A DNA stretch of 64,000 bases from Leucoraja erinacea (taxonomy: Eukaryota). How positions within the stretch are numbered: the stretch's first letter is position 1; each line of letters opens with the position of its first letter. The notes below the pieces were generated by a model. It had not been told where the DNA came from. It saw nothing but the letters and a program-made list of their open reading frames with translations, and ran no database searches. Both the position numbers and the translations under genes were made by a program. The stretch is taken from assembly GCF_028641065.1 (NCBI RefSeq), contig NC_073384.1, positions 13,392,001 through 13,456,000 of the forward strand. Reading direction: 5' to 3'. Shown in pieces: positions 11,943 to 23,570 of this stretch.

Positions 11943-12088
11943 TGTATCTTCTTATTCTTGCATATGGCATGCACAGCCTAAAGTTGTAAGACAACTTGTT
12001 CTGTTTGATCTTCTGTTTGTGCACGCCAGGTCGATTGCATTCGTCGAAACAGGGTGGACCACGTGAAGGTTGCAATCTCCCACCCCAA
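11943..12088 (-). mobile_element. 146-bp non-autonomous retroposon (candidate ribozyme-headed SINE)
   Basis: Flanked by a GGGAGAA duplication (11936-11942, 12089-12095); 5' HDV-like fold; 3' hairpins and an AAGAATAAGAAGA tail. Confidence 0.75.
12033..12086 (-). ncRNA. Minimal HDV/CPEB3-like self-cleaving ribozyme (predicted)
   Basis: GGGGUGG(P1) GA GAUUGCA(P2) ACC(P3) UUCACGU(L3) GGU(P3') CCACCCU(P1') GU UUCGA CGAA(J4/2, catalytic C at 12043) UGCAAUC(P2'); all helices fully paired, with a G1-U wobble. Confidence 0.8.
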
Positions 12089-12859
12089 GGGAGAAGGCAT
12101 GAGAATAGGGTTAAGAGGGAGAGATAGATCAGCCATGATTGAATGACGGAGCAGAATGGCCTAATTCTGCTCCTATCACTTATGATGATTGGATGGAACA
12201 AGATATGTGCCCAGGGCAGTAGCAAATGTTCACATATTTATTACTTAGATGAAGTGAGACTAAAGTGGCAGAACTCTAGAGTTGAAAGCAATATAAGATC
12301 CATTTACAGGCAGGTGCCTGTATCCAGTATTAAATCTAGATATTGAAGCACTTTCAATTGATACGAACAGCCAATTATGTGATTAGCTGTTATCAGGCAA
12401 TTGAATCTTCCCACAACCAGAGAGCAGTCCCGAAATAATATCTACCTCATTGGTGACCCTCGGACTATCCTTGATTAGACTTTGCTGGGTTTGCCTTGCA
12501 CTAAACTTTATTCCCTTATCATGTATCTACACACTGTAAATGGTCCAATTGTAATCGTCTTTCCACTGGCTGGATAGCAATAGTTTTTCACTGAACCTCG
12601 GTGCACGTGGCAATAAACTAAACTGGACTGAACTGAGAAACTGAAACTGAACAATTGCATAACTTCAAATAAAATGCATAAAATTCTGATCTTTAATGGC
12701 ATTTCACAAAAGAAAATTATACATGCATGTGCAATGTGAATCAATTTCTAATTGTTAAACCAAAGTAAAACAGTTAATTTGACAACATCCAATTTTAATG
12801 AACTTTATGCAGAGTTTAAATCAACAGGCACTTAACAATTGTGCTCGGCAGATTTTAAC

Positions 12860-13179
12860 TTTAGTTTAGTATAGAGATACAGCGCGGAAACAGGCCCTTT
12901 CGGCCCACCGGTTCCGCGCCGACCAGCGATCCCCGCACATTAACACTATCCTATACCCACTAGGGACAATTTTTACATTCACCAAGCCAATGCACCTACA
13001 AACCTGTACGTCTTTGGAGTGTGGGAGTTAACTGAAGATCTCGGAGAAAACCCACACAGGTCAGGGGGGGAGAACGTACAAACTCCGTACAGACAGCACC
13101 CGTAGTCAGGATCAAGCTTGGGTCTCCAGCGCTGCATTCGTTTTAAGTCAGCAACTCTACCGCTGTGCCACCGTGCCGC
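12860..13179 (-). mobile_element. HE1/V-SINE-like SINE
   Basis: Full-length reverse copy. Confidence 0.85.
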
Positions 13180-13762
13180 ATTTATTGTGTAAACCATTCT
13201 TTCAAATCCCAAATGAATATTGTAATGGTGGTAGATTAATTTAAACATTTTTCATCAATTGACCTTTGTAACAAAAAGCATGAGTGTGCGTTGTGAATAT
13301 GTACTGTTAAGATTCTGTATTGTTATGAAAATAATACATTGCGCCCAGAGGCAGTAATGTTCTATGTGAAGTATTCTCACCTGGGTTGCATTTCAATCAT
13401 GCTTTAAAAACGTATTACCCTTCTTGACAGAAAGAAAGGGTCAATCGCCTCAGCCGCTCCAACTGGCTAATTTCAGAGCAACAGAGGAGAGCGCTGATAG
13501 ATCACCAAGGTCTTTGGAGAAAGGAACAAATGGAGGAAAATGGCCTTGCATTGATCGTAGATCACTGTCGATTGATTGTCTATGTGTGACAATATGGCGG
13601 CTGGACGTTCACGGTGTACTCCTTGCGGCATAATCTCGCTGACAATCTGTAAATACCCGCTTTCTTCTGAAGTTGCAGTCCAGAAGATGTCACCACAGTG
13701 TCGATCCAATGGACGCTATTCACTGAAAACAGGCAATCTCTGTACAGTATTACTAAGATTAA

Positions 13763-14065
13763 CTTAGTTCAATTTAGTTTAGAGGTACAGCACTGAAATG
13801 GCCCACAGAGTCCGTGCCAACCAAATGATCCCTGTACACAAGCACTATCCGACACACTAGGAACAATTTACAATTTTACCGAAGACAATTAACCTACAAA
13901 CGTGTTCATCTTTGGAGAGTGGGAGGAAACCGGCATATTTGGAGAAAACCCACATGGTCACGGGGAGAACATACAAACTCTGCTCAGACAGCACCCGTCG
14001 TCAGGATCGAACATGGGTCTCTGCCGCTATGTCAGCAACTCTACCGCTGCGCCACTGCGCTGCCC
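13763..14065 (-). mobile_element. HE1/V-SINE-like SINE
   Basis: Reverse copy. Confidence 0.75.
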
Positions 14066-14243
14066 CAACTGGTGGGGCTGTTACTGTAGTGTAACTGATA
14101 CAGAGTTTTGCCTACAAGAGATATCAAGCAGTCTGTTGAAGTTTGCACAATGCGAGGCAGTATTGAGGGCACATGCTTTGAAAATTCCTTAGTGCATCAG
14201 GCAAGGGCCGAGCATAAACCTTCAGCAATGCTGCTGGAACCAG

Positions 14244-14431
14244 TCATTTTTCTGAATTGCTTTTCTCTGTTGAATGATGAGATGAGCCGTCATAGAAAGA
14301 CTTTGCATAGTTGTAGATTCTGGATGAAAAGGGGATGAAACCTTCCTTGACCACAACATGTTCCTCCATGAAGTGTTTCTTTGTTTTCTTTTGTGGCTCA
14401 TCACTCGTTTCATGTTCCTGTGGCAGAGTGG
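14244..14431 (-). CDS. SMIM26: Small integral membrane protein 26, last coding exon
   Basis: KHFMEEHVVVKEGFIPFSSRIYNYAKSF resembles the SMIM26 C-terminus; pyrimidine tract plus an in-phase AAG acceptor; TGA at 14244-14246. Confidence 0.75.
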
Positions 14432-15244
14432 CTTCGGAAGAGAAGACAGCAAAAACAATCAACAGTTTAACTTGGTGCAGACGAGATGCCAAAACTATTC
14501 GCCCAGAATACTGGTTTGTTGGGATCGTTCCTAAACTATAGAATTTGAATACACAAGTTAAGGTCCAAAACATTGGTCAAAAAAATTAATTTATGCAATG
14601 GTCTTGGTGGATGAAGACATCCAATTCAACAATTTAATACTTTATTGTCAAATGTAGGTAGAGTGAAATGCTTCGTTTTGCATACAACCCAGTAAAATCA
14701 TACAACAGGCCTCACCTAGGCAGTACGCAAGTGTCGTCATGTTTTAGTGACACAATGTTACAAAAGTTAATCGAACAACCCTATCTACTGCCTGCTGCCG
14801 CCGTGACAAAAGGCATCCCCCACCCTGGCAGGTCCCCCTTTGTTCTCGCCGCCCACGTCCCCTTCCCCCACCAGGTCACAGAACATAAGAAACATAAGTA
14901 GGAGTAGGAAATTCAGCCCTGCATGCTTCAATAAGAACATGGCTGACCATACATCTCAATACCACGTCCTTACAGTAATCATGTATCCCTTGATTCTCTT
15001 AATATCCAAAAGATCATTTAGTCCATGTCTTCATTATACTTAGCAAATTGGTCCCCATAACCCTCCTGAGTGCTGGATTCCAAACATCTCCTTTGGGTGA
15101 AGAAATGTCTTCTTCTTGAATGACCCATCTTACTTTCATAGGCTTCGTGGTGTCATATGGCACGGAGACAGGACTTTCAGTCCACCACTCGTCCATTTAT
15201 ACTAACCACATTCTAATCCCAGTTTACTCTATCCACATTGGGGA

Positions 15245-15495
15245 TGCAACAGTGGCGCAGCGGTAGAGTTGTTGCCTTACAGCGCCAGGGATCCGGGTTG
15301 GATCGTGACTATGGGTTCTGTCTGTGCAGAGTTTGTGCAATCTACCTGTGACATTCCAAAGATGTGCATGTTGTAGGTTAATTAGCTTCTATAAAATTGT
15401 CCCTAGTATGTCGGATAGTGCTAGTATGTGATCGCTGGTCCCTGCAGACTCGGTGAGCCGAAGGGCCTATTTCCATACTGTGTCCCTAAAACTAA
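15245..15495 (+). mobile_element. HE1/V-SINE-like SINE, internally deleted
   Basis: Head and tail match the family. Confidence 0.7.
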
Positions 15496-15839
15496 ATAAA
15501 ATCTAATCATTATCATCATCCTCCCCAACTCCTTCAACTGCATTTTGGCAACTTAGAGTGGCCAATCAATTCATGTGATAGGAGCAGAATTAGGCCATTC
15601 AGCCCATCAAGTCTAATCATGACTGATCATCTCTCCCTCCTAACCCCATTCTCCTGCCTTCTCCCCATAACCCCTGACACCTGTACTAAACAAGAATCTA
15701 TCTATCTCTGCCTTAAAAAATATCTATTGACTTGGCCACCACAGCCTTCTGCCAACTTGCACATCTTAGGATGCTCACAGAGAGAACACGCTAACTCCAC
15801 ATAGACAGCACTTATCACGTGCAAAATATCAATGAAGGA

Positions 15840-16110
15840 ATAGAAACATAGAAAATAGGTGCGGGAGTAGGCCATTTGGCCCTTCGAGCCTGCACCGCCC
15901 TTCAATTTGATCATGGCTGATCATCCAACTCAGTATCCTGTACCTGCCTTCTCTCCATACCCCCCCGATACATTTAGCCACAAGGGCCACATCTAACTCC
16001 CTCTTAAATATAGCCAATGAACTGGCCTCAACTACCTTCTGTGGCAGAGAATTCCAGATATTCACCTCTCTCTGTGTGAAAAATTCCAGATATTCACCAC
16101 TCTGTGTGAA
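15840..16110 (-). mobile_element. CR1 LINE 3' fragment
   Basis: WNSLPQKVVEASSLAIFKRELD, matching the 1175-1710 copy. Confidence 0.85.
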
Positions 16111-16536
16111 ATATTGCTCTGTTTATTTTGTAACGGTTCTTAAATAAACAGTTTTTAGCTTAATGGGGTGACATTGATCAAAGGTTGTGTGTTCTCTATA
16201 TTCACTCTGTATCACATTTGGCAATGTTTTAACTATGTAGATTTAGAATAGACAGGGATGGTTGATGGCAAGAGTTGCTTTTAGGTAAATATGCTTTACA
16301 CTTGGGGAAGCAAAGGGGTACAGTTAAAATGTGGACATAGGAGTTACTTGGCACCAGCTAGCATACTGCGATAGTTAAAATGTACCCCTTTCTGGCTATT
16401 GTACCATGGCACCTTTTACCAAGAGGACTGGTGGGTTTACTCAATATCTGAAGGCATAATGTTGAAGGGTGTTTATTCTGCAGTGGCAGCAGGGCAAGTG
16501 ACAGGAGGGCAAGTATTCCAGACCTGTTACATTTAC

Positions 16537-16687
16537 CTGTAGAGATCTCAGTGCTGCTCTCGACCATTGCCTTCTCTCGCTTTTTCTTGAACTGTAAGTA
16601 GGCGTAGGCGCCGAGCATGGTCCAGATGCCGACTGCATAGACCAGGGAGACACGCAAGTTCCAGCGCGCTACCTCCTTCAACTTCAT
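16537..16687 (-). CDS. SMIM26: Small integral membrane protein 26, first coding exon
   Basis: MKLKEVARWNLRVSLVYAVGIWTMLGAYAY: W-x-x-R-x-S-x-VY-x-x-G-x-W motif plus one TM helix; 151-nt phase-1 exon ending AG|GTAAAT. Confidence 0.8.
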
Positions 16688-16712
16688 CCTCGCAATCTGC
16701 CGGGCTGCTCTG

Positions 16713-17385
16713 GGAATAAATACCTGCTCGCACCCTCACTCCCGGGTAAATACCCGCTCGCACCCTCACTCCCGGGTAAATACCCGCTCCCACCCTGGTA
16801 AATACCCGCTCCCACCCTCACTCCCGGATAAATACCCGCTCCCCCCCTCACTCCCGGGTAAATACACGCTCCCACCCTCACTCCCGGGTAAATACCCGCT
16901 CCCACCCTCACTCCCGGGTAAATACCCGCTCCCACCCTCACTCCCGGGTAAATACCCGCTCCCACCCTCACTCCCGGGTAAATACCCGCTCCCAGCCTCA
17001 CTCCCGGGTAAATACCCGCTCACTCCCGGGTAAATACCCGCTCGCACCCTCACTCCCGGGTAAATACCCGCTCGCACCCTCACTCCCGGGTAAATACCCG
17101 CTCGCACCCTCACTCCCGGGTAAATAATACCCGCTCCCACCCTCACTCCCGGGTAAATACCCGCTCCCACCCTCACTCCCGGGTAAATCCCCGCTCGCAC
17201 CCTCACTCCCGGGTAAATCCCCGCTCCCACCCTCACTCCCGGGTAAATACCCGCTCGCACCTTCCTTCACTTTCAGGGTAAATACCGATACCTTCCTCTC
17301 CCCAGGTAAATTCCCGCACCCTTCTTCCCTCCCCGGGTAAATACCCGCACCTTCCTCTCTTCCCGGGATAACTACCCGTAACCCT
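16713..17385. repeat. 30-bp minisatellite (CTCCCGGGTAAATACCCGCTCSCACCCTCA)n
   Basis: About 18 near-identical units to ~17260, then degenerate units; starts ~25 bp upstream of the SMIM26 ATG. Confidence 0.95.
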
Positions 17386-17399
17386 GGTCTCCGGGGAAT

Positions 17400-17880
17400 G
17401 TGTCCCCGCTCTTCACGCTAACTCCACTCCGCCCGCCAATGTCAGCGGCTCCATGGGCGCCGCCATCTTCACAGCAACGCCGGTGCCGGAACTCCCCGCA
17501 ACAGCGCCCCTCCCCGCCCGGCGCCGGACCCTCCCCGCAACAGCGCCCCCTCCCGCCCGGAGCTGGGACTCTCCCTGCAGCGCCCCCTCCCGCCCGGAGC
17601 TGGGACTCCCCCCACAGCGCCCCCTCCCCGCCCGGCGCCGGAACTCCCCGCAACAGCGCCCCCTCCCGTCCGGAGCTGGGACTCTCCCTGCAGCGCCCCC
17701 TCCCGCCCGGCGCCGGACTCTCACCGCAACGGCGCCGGACTCTCCCCGCAACAGCGCCCCCTTCCCCCCAGCCAGCCCGCGCCGGGACTCTCCCCGCAAC
17801 AGCGCCCCCTCCCCCCCAGCGCCGGGACTCTCCCCGCAACAGCGTCCCCTCCCGTCCGCCTGCTCCGCCGCCGACAGCAA
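17400..17880 (-). promoter_or_regulatory. CpG-rich putative SMIM26 promoter/first exon with YY1-type motif and GC-rich minisatellite
   Basis: AAGATGGCGGC at 17459-17469 (-); ~37-40-bp GC-rich repeats (ACTCTCCCCGCAACAGCGCCCCCTCCC...) at 17485-17860. Confidence 0.6.
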
Positions 17881-19759
17881 ACTGCCTGCAGGCACAACCA
17901 AAGATCCTATCTGCTATAGGATCTTTGGGCACAACCAGCTACTGACAGAAACAAGAGTAGGAACACTGCAGTAACACAGCATCTGTGCAAACATAAACCT
18001 GTCAATGTTTCGCGCCCGGGCTCTCCCTCGGACACTGAGAGATGTATTCAGTCACCTGTTGCAGCAACGGAATGAGGAAAGGTCGGGCGACCTGAAACGC
18101 TGACTGATGGCTCAGTGCACAGATGCTGCTTGATCACTGTGTTCTTCCAACATTTCTGGTTTTGCACCAGATTCCAACACATGCTGTTTTAATGATATTA
18201 AAAAATAATCCGAAACGAAAGCAATCTTTCTCATCAAACAAGGTCACTTTCCGATAAAGTTACTGGGTGAAGGGTAGTGACACATGGGGAAGAGCAATGT
18301 GCTTTGCTCATCTTGCCAGTGTATTTGGAGGTTTTGCAATGGCAGTGTTACCCAAAGGATTAAGGAGTGTATTGATTCACTAAGAATTGAAAATTGTCAT
18401 TGTACAATCATCCAAAATAGACATTAGGACCCATAGCCGATGTGATAATTCCCATTGTGGTGGTCAATGGAAATACTCCACTGCCCATTCCCCTAAACAT
18501 TTATACATGAACTTCAATACTCTACATCAAGGGGCAGTAAGTGCTCCATATACATTACTGTTCTAATTCCCTTGCTCCATTAATAAAGTCGACCTGTACT
18601 CTGAATTATTATACAATCATGACCCCTCCACATCTCTAGCCTTACTTAAGTTTAAAGGAGATCGATGGGGCATTTATTTTTAATGCAGAGAATGGTAGGT
18701 GCCTGGAATGCAATACCATGGTGGTGGAGGAGGCAGATAGGATAATGGCATTTAAGAGACTTTTAGCTAGCCACATGGATATGCAGAGAATGGAGGGGCA
18801 GGGTATCTGGTATATGTCCCCCAAATACTATATACCTGTACCAATTCTACAGGTTACATCCTCCCAGGAAATGCCCCTTCAGAATCCTGTAAGCATCAAT
18901 AAGGCCATCCATTTAAAATCTAGTTTGGGCTCAATCTGAAAACAACTTCCTTGTCCCAGGAATTAACCCAGTAAACGTTCTCTGAACTGTCTCCAATACA
19001 AACACAACCCTTCTTAAACAATGAGACAGAATTGTATGCAGTACCACTGTTGTGGTCTCACCAATTCTGTTGAGACTTTTCTACTTTTAAGTTTCATCCC
19101 CTTTGCAATAAATAATATTAATCCATTAAACCTCCAAAATACTTCCTCCATCTGTATACTAACTTTGCATTTCACCCTAATCTCTCTGGAGCATGTTACG
19201 CTATATAGTTTTTTCTGCATTTAAATAATATAGTTTTTCTAAGCCTACCACCAAAGTGGAAAACCTTACATTTTCTCCACATTATACTCCCTGCTAAATT
19301 TCTGCTCATTTGCTTAACCCATCTATGTCCACTGAAGACTGTCCTCTCCTCATAACTTTCTTTTCCGTTGTCAGAAAATCTGATTACAATACAATACAGA
19401 CCCTTCACCTCCATCATTAATGTAGTTTGTGAATGACTGTGGTCCTGGCCCTGATCCCTGTGACAATCTGCAAGCTGTCCATTCAACTTTTTGTTTTAAT
19501 TAGCCAATCATATGTTGCCGGCCCTGATTTGTTCTGGCTTTGTCTAGCCTTCAGTCCCCCATCTTCCCCCTGAAGGGTCCCAACCCAAAACGTCACCCAT
19601 TCCTTTTCCCCAGAGATGCTGCCTGACCCGCTGAGTTACTCCCGCATTTTGTACTTACCCCATTTTAATTTATTCTCCTCAAAACCCGAGTTATTACCTA
19701 ATGGAGCAACGTTTTATGGTTCCTTACCTAATGCCTTTTCGCAATCCATATACACAGCT

Positions 19760-20100
19760 TAGATGCTCAGAGTCTGTTGCCCAGAGTAGGGGAATTGAGG
19801 ACCAGAGGCCATAGGTTCAAGGTGAAGGGGAAAAGAATTAATAGGAATCCAAGGGGTAACTTTTTCACACAAATGGTGGTGAGTGGAAGGAACAAGCTGC
19901 CAGAGGAGGAGTTGAGGCTGGGGCTATCCCAACATTTAAGGTACCGTTAGACAGGTACATGGATAGGACGTGTTTGGGGGAGGGGGGGGGGATATGGACC
20001 AAGTGCAGGCAGGTGGAACTAGTGTAGCTGAGACATGTTGGTCAGTGTGGGCAAATTGGGCCTAAGGGCCTGTTTCTACACTGTATCACTCTATGACTAT
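19760..20100 (+). mobile_element. CR1 LINE 3' fragment (second subfamily)
   Basis: Similar to 46628-47050; tail GGGCCTGTTTC..ACTGTATCACTCTATGACT. Confidence 0.75.
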
Positions 20101-21948
20101 TATACTGGTTCTCTTTTATCCACCCTAGTTTGAAGCACCCCCCCAAAGTCATGTCATACTATCTGGCCTAAAAAAACTACACATAATGCTGGAGTAAGTC
20201 AGCAGTTAAGGGAGCATCTCTGGAGGACATAGAAAGATGACATTTCTGGTTGGGACCTCTCTTTCCTTAGCTATTCTCTTTTTATGTATGTACTTGCATT
20301 AACTCATTGTTTTTATTTTTCTGATTAGCCACTGCATAATGTTTTCTAGTCTTTTGATTCCCAAACATCCCCCATCCTTCCTTCCTGTCATTCATCTGTG
20401 CAATGTTGAATGCATCTTCTTTGAGATACCATCCTGAAGTTAAGTTAGCCACAAATTAATAATTCCCCCTGCAAAGTTTGTATTTCTTAGTTGAATATCT
20501 TTATCAATTATGAAATGTCTCTTCAAAATCCTCACTGCAGCTTATCTGCCAGCCTACCTTTCCATCTACTTTCCCCAGACACAGTAGCCAACTCTGTTGG
20601 TATATCATAGTAATTGCCTTTAAGTTTAAGAAACTAGATTTAGTTGCATTTGTCATTCTTAAACTAAATATATCACATCGAGATCACACCTCCAGATGAT
20701 CCTTTACGATAAAATCATGAATTGATGCTGTCCCATTACACATAGCCAGATCTGATTGGCTCCACAATAAAATGTTCTAAGAAATTGTCCCAAATACACA
20801 ATTAACATTTCCTCTAGATTGGCCTTGCAAATTTCATTTGTCCACTCACTAAGTTTAAGAAAAAAAAACTGCTGAAGGAATTTAGCATGAAGATAGACAC
20901 AACATGCTGGAGTAACTCAGCAGGACAGGCAGCATCTCTGGAGAGGGGGAATTCAGCAGACTGATTTGCAATTGCAGCCATAGTTTCTGGTGAATAGCAA
21001 ATCCTATGCTATAGCTAAATGAGGAACTCCGATGATCCTGTTATTACAATCACAACAAGGTGATTAGAATGTCTCTTTGGAGATAGTTTCTGCTTGGTGT
21101 CCACAGCATGAATATTACTTGCCCACTATCAGTTCATAGTGAATTTTGTCTGGATCTTGGAATCTTTTGACTATGAATAGAAGTCTTGTTGATTGACATT
21201 GCATTCTGAAAACAAACTGTACTTAAAGCAAAAAAACATTTATCAGTGTGCAAAACAGACTTTAATTTGCAGTTTGACAATAATGTATATTCATTTTGTC
21301 TGGAGATGGAAAGGTTCATTTAATCCCCAAAAGGCCTGAAGTACTTTGCATGATTTTCAAATAACTTTGATTTCCAATACAAGAGATTTCACAGATTACA
21401 ACATTTGCTGATTAATCGCAATCGATGCCTGAAAATCCATCAATAGCTGGGCGAGTGGAACAGAAGAACTCAACTGGGAGTTTGTTCGGTTTGACCACAA
21501 ATAAGTTACATCAAGAACATTCTCGTCACCTTTTGGCTGATTGTACACAAGTGGTATTACCCATTCTATAGCTGTACATCAGCAGCTGACATTGCAAACA
21601 AGGGCAGATTCACATCCTAAATGTAATACAAATCTGCAACTTAACCCAGCCTTGTGTTAACCGTGACTTTTGTGCCTGGTCAACCTGAAATTTCAGGGCA
21701 CCCTGCATAAATATCTACGGGCTGGCAAGAGGAGACATACGAACACTGGCCCCACTATGGTTTTTCCTATCAAAATACTGGGAAAATTGTGCAATAGTTG
21801 GTGCACTTGGCTGCAACAAGATGTGATCAATGCAAGCCAGTAGATACACACATCATATATCTGACTAGGGCTAGCCAGAACAGTGCACTTAAGTCACGGT
21901 CTATGTGACTTAATGTGCCAGGAATTGATAAACAATGGAAGTGTTCAG

Positions 21949-22740
21949 TTATGGTTCTTTTTTCTCTTGTGCAACCCCTGTAACCAACACCAGATTACAG
22001 GTCATGAACTGAACACTCAAAAGATTGCTGGTCTGTCCTGTGTATACACCCACCAGCTCATTGGAAGAACCATCCGCCAGTGAATTGGAGTGAGTGTTAC
22101 GAATATCCCAGACACGGACAGAATTGTCAACGGACGCAGAGACAATCAGGCTGCTATCTGGACTAAACGCAAGGCTAGTTATGTTGTCGGTGTGTCCTCT
22201 CAGCTCTTTGAATAAATTACCCGATGCAAGATCCCAGAGTTTCAGTCGCTGATCTTCACCTGCTGAAGCCAAGTACTTGCCGTTCGGAGAAAAGGCCAAT
22301 GCTAGCACGGGGCCACGATGTCCCGTGAAGAGACGAACTGTGTTCCCTTGCTGAGTACTCCACAGCCGCACAGTTTTATCTATCGAGCCCGTGGCCACAT
22401 AATTAGAGTTTGGATGAAACTTTACACAGTCCACATCTGCTAAGTGACCTGCGTAAATGCGTAGTGGGTACGTTCTTTCAAGTGCCCAAAGTCTTGCTGT
22501 CCGGTCATGCGATCCACTCACAAAGTAAAGGCTCAGGGGACTAACATCAATGTCCCAGACCGGATAAGCATGACCTTGATACAAACCAGTGTTTTTAAAA
22601 CTGCACAAATCCCAATATCGGACTGTCATGTCTTCCGAACAGGAGAGAAGTCCTGAATTATCCGAGAGAAACTTGGTGGCGTACACAGGCCCACAGTGCC
22701 CTCTTAGGATCTTCATTTCGCTGCCCACATCATCTACCAC
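21949..22740 (-). CDS. TAF5L: TAF5-like (PAF65B, SAGA/PCAF subunit), coding exon 4, WD40 repeats
   Basis: WD40 repeats (LRGHCGPVY...[19 protein letters not shown]); acceptor TTTAATGCAG; TAA at 21949-21951; 792 nt. Confidence 0.95.
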   Translation of the reverse strand: MVDDVGSEMKILRGHCGPVYATKFLSDNSGLLSCSEDMTVRYWDLCSFKNTGLYQGHAYPVWDIDVSPLSLYFVSGSHDRTARLWALERTYPLRIYAGHLADVDCVKFHPNSNYVATGSIDKTVRLWSTQQGNTVRLFTGHRGPVLALAFSPNGKYLASAGEDQRLKLWDLASGNLFKELRGHTDNITSLAFSPDSSLIVSASVDNSVRVWDIRNTHSNSLADGSSNELVGVYTGQTSNLLSVQFMTCNLVLVTGVAQEKKEP

Positions 22741-23129
22741 CTGCATTAAAGACAGGCAAAAGCAAAAAGTAACTAACAAGATCACACAAGTTCAACATTG
22801 AAATTCAATTCCTCATGCATGCAAAGATTAAAAGTATTTTTTTTTTTAAATATTCTAAAGGCTTTTATTTTGTGATTATGTAGAGATCATGCTTCTCTCT
22901 TGTATACTTGTTAATAATGGGGATAGGCTTAAGGCCACATAACTTATCCAAACCAAACTGCATCCGTACAATAGAGAAATTGTATGCAGCCAGGCACAGG
23001 TGTGCTTGAAATGATATGACACAACATCGGACGTATACCATTCTGTCACAGTGCTATAGAAACAGAGGGCAGAGAACAGGATACACACCCACTGCAGCCT
23101 CTTCAAGCAGGGGGCATTCAGAGGGTGGA

Positions 23130-23570
23130 GGTAGAGACTGAAAGGTGTTAAGTGCAGACACACAAGGGAAGGAAGGTGATCAGGGTACCAAATAAAGTAG
23201 GGATCAGATGGAACTGGAGGTGGGCGAAGAAATAGGAGTAAACATCTCCTGCAGTTTCAGAAGAAAGTGTCGAGCAATAGAGGAGGGGGGGGGGGGGAGT
23301 GGGAGAAGATGAGTGAACCAGAGAGTCAGAGACAACAGTCCCTGCGCAAGGCAGAAAGGGGTGGGGTAGGGAAGATGTGACTGTTGGTGGGATCTCATTA
23401 CACCTGGCAGAAATAAGGCAGGATATTATGCTGGAAATGGAAGCTGACAGGGTGAAAGTAAAAGACCAAGAAACTCTCTTCAGTTTGCTGTGGAAGAGGG
23501 CATAAGAGCAGAAGGGGAACAGATGAAATGCGAGTGAGGGGTCCGTCAACCACAGTAGCCTGACCAGAGA
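23130..23570 (-). mobile_element. Old decayed Penelope-like ORF remnant
   Basis: 23330-23470 resembles 62605-62750 of the young PLE. Confidence 0.55.

Larger units (their letters stand above)
11480..12185 (+). mobile_element. CR1 LINE 3' fragment, host of the ribozyme-headed insert
   Basis: MVNLWNSLPQK...GVRGYGE motif and CR1 3' UTR; the uninterrupted equivalent is seen at ~48475-48640. Confidence 0.85.

Noticed and set aside
13425-13590. Possible plus-strand exon after CCCTTCTTGACAG (KERVNRLSRSNW...)
   Set aside because: No recognisable homology or partner exons; the region is more likely SMIM26 3' UTR on the opposite strand.
16684-17270. Repetitive ORFs (GAGIYPGVRV)n and (GSGYLPGSEG)n resembling elastomeric or silk-like proteins
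   Set aside because: They are translations of a 30-bp minisatellite with frame-breaking indels and no ATG start or signal peptide.
16713-17385. Regular repeat array resembling CRISPR
   Set aside because: Units abut with no unique spacers, there are no cas genes, and the context is vertebrate.
17372-17974. 160-186 aa Pro/Arg/Gly-rich ORFs on both strands
   Set aside because: A GC-rich minisatellite lacks stop codons; no recognisable domain.
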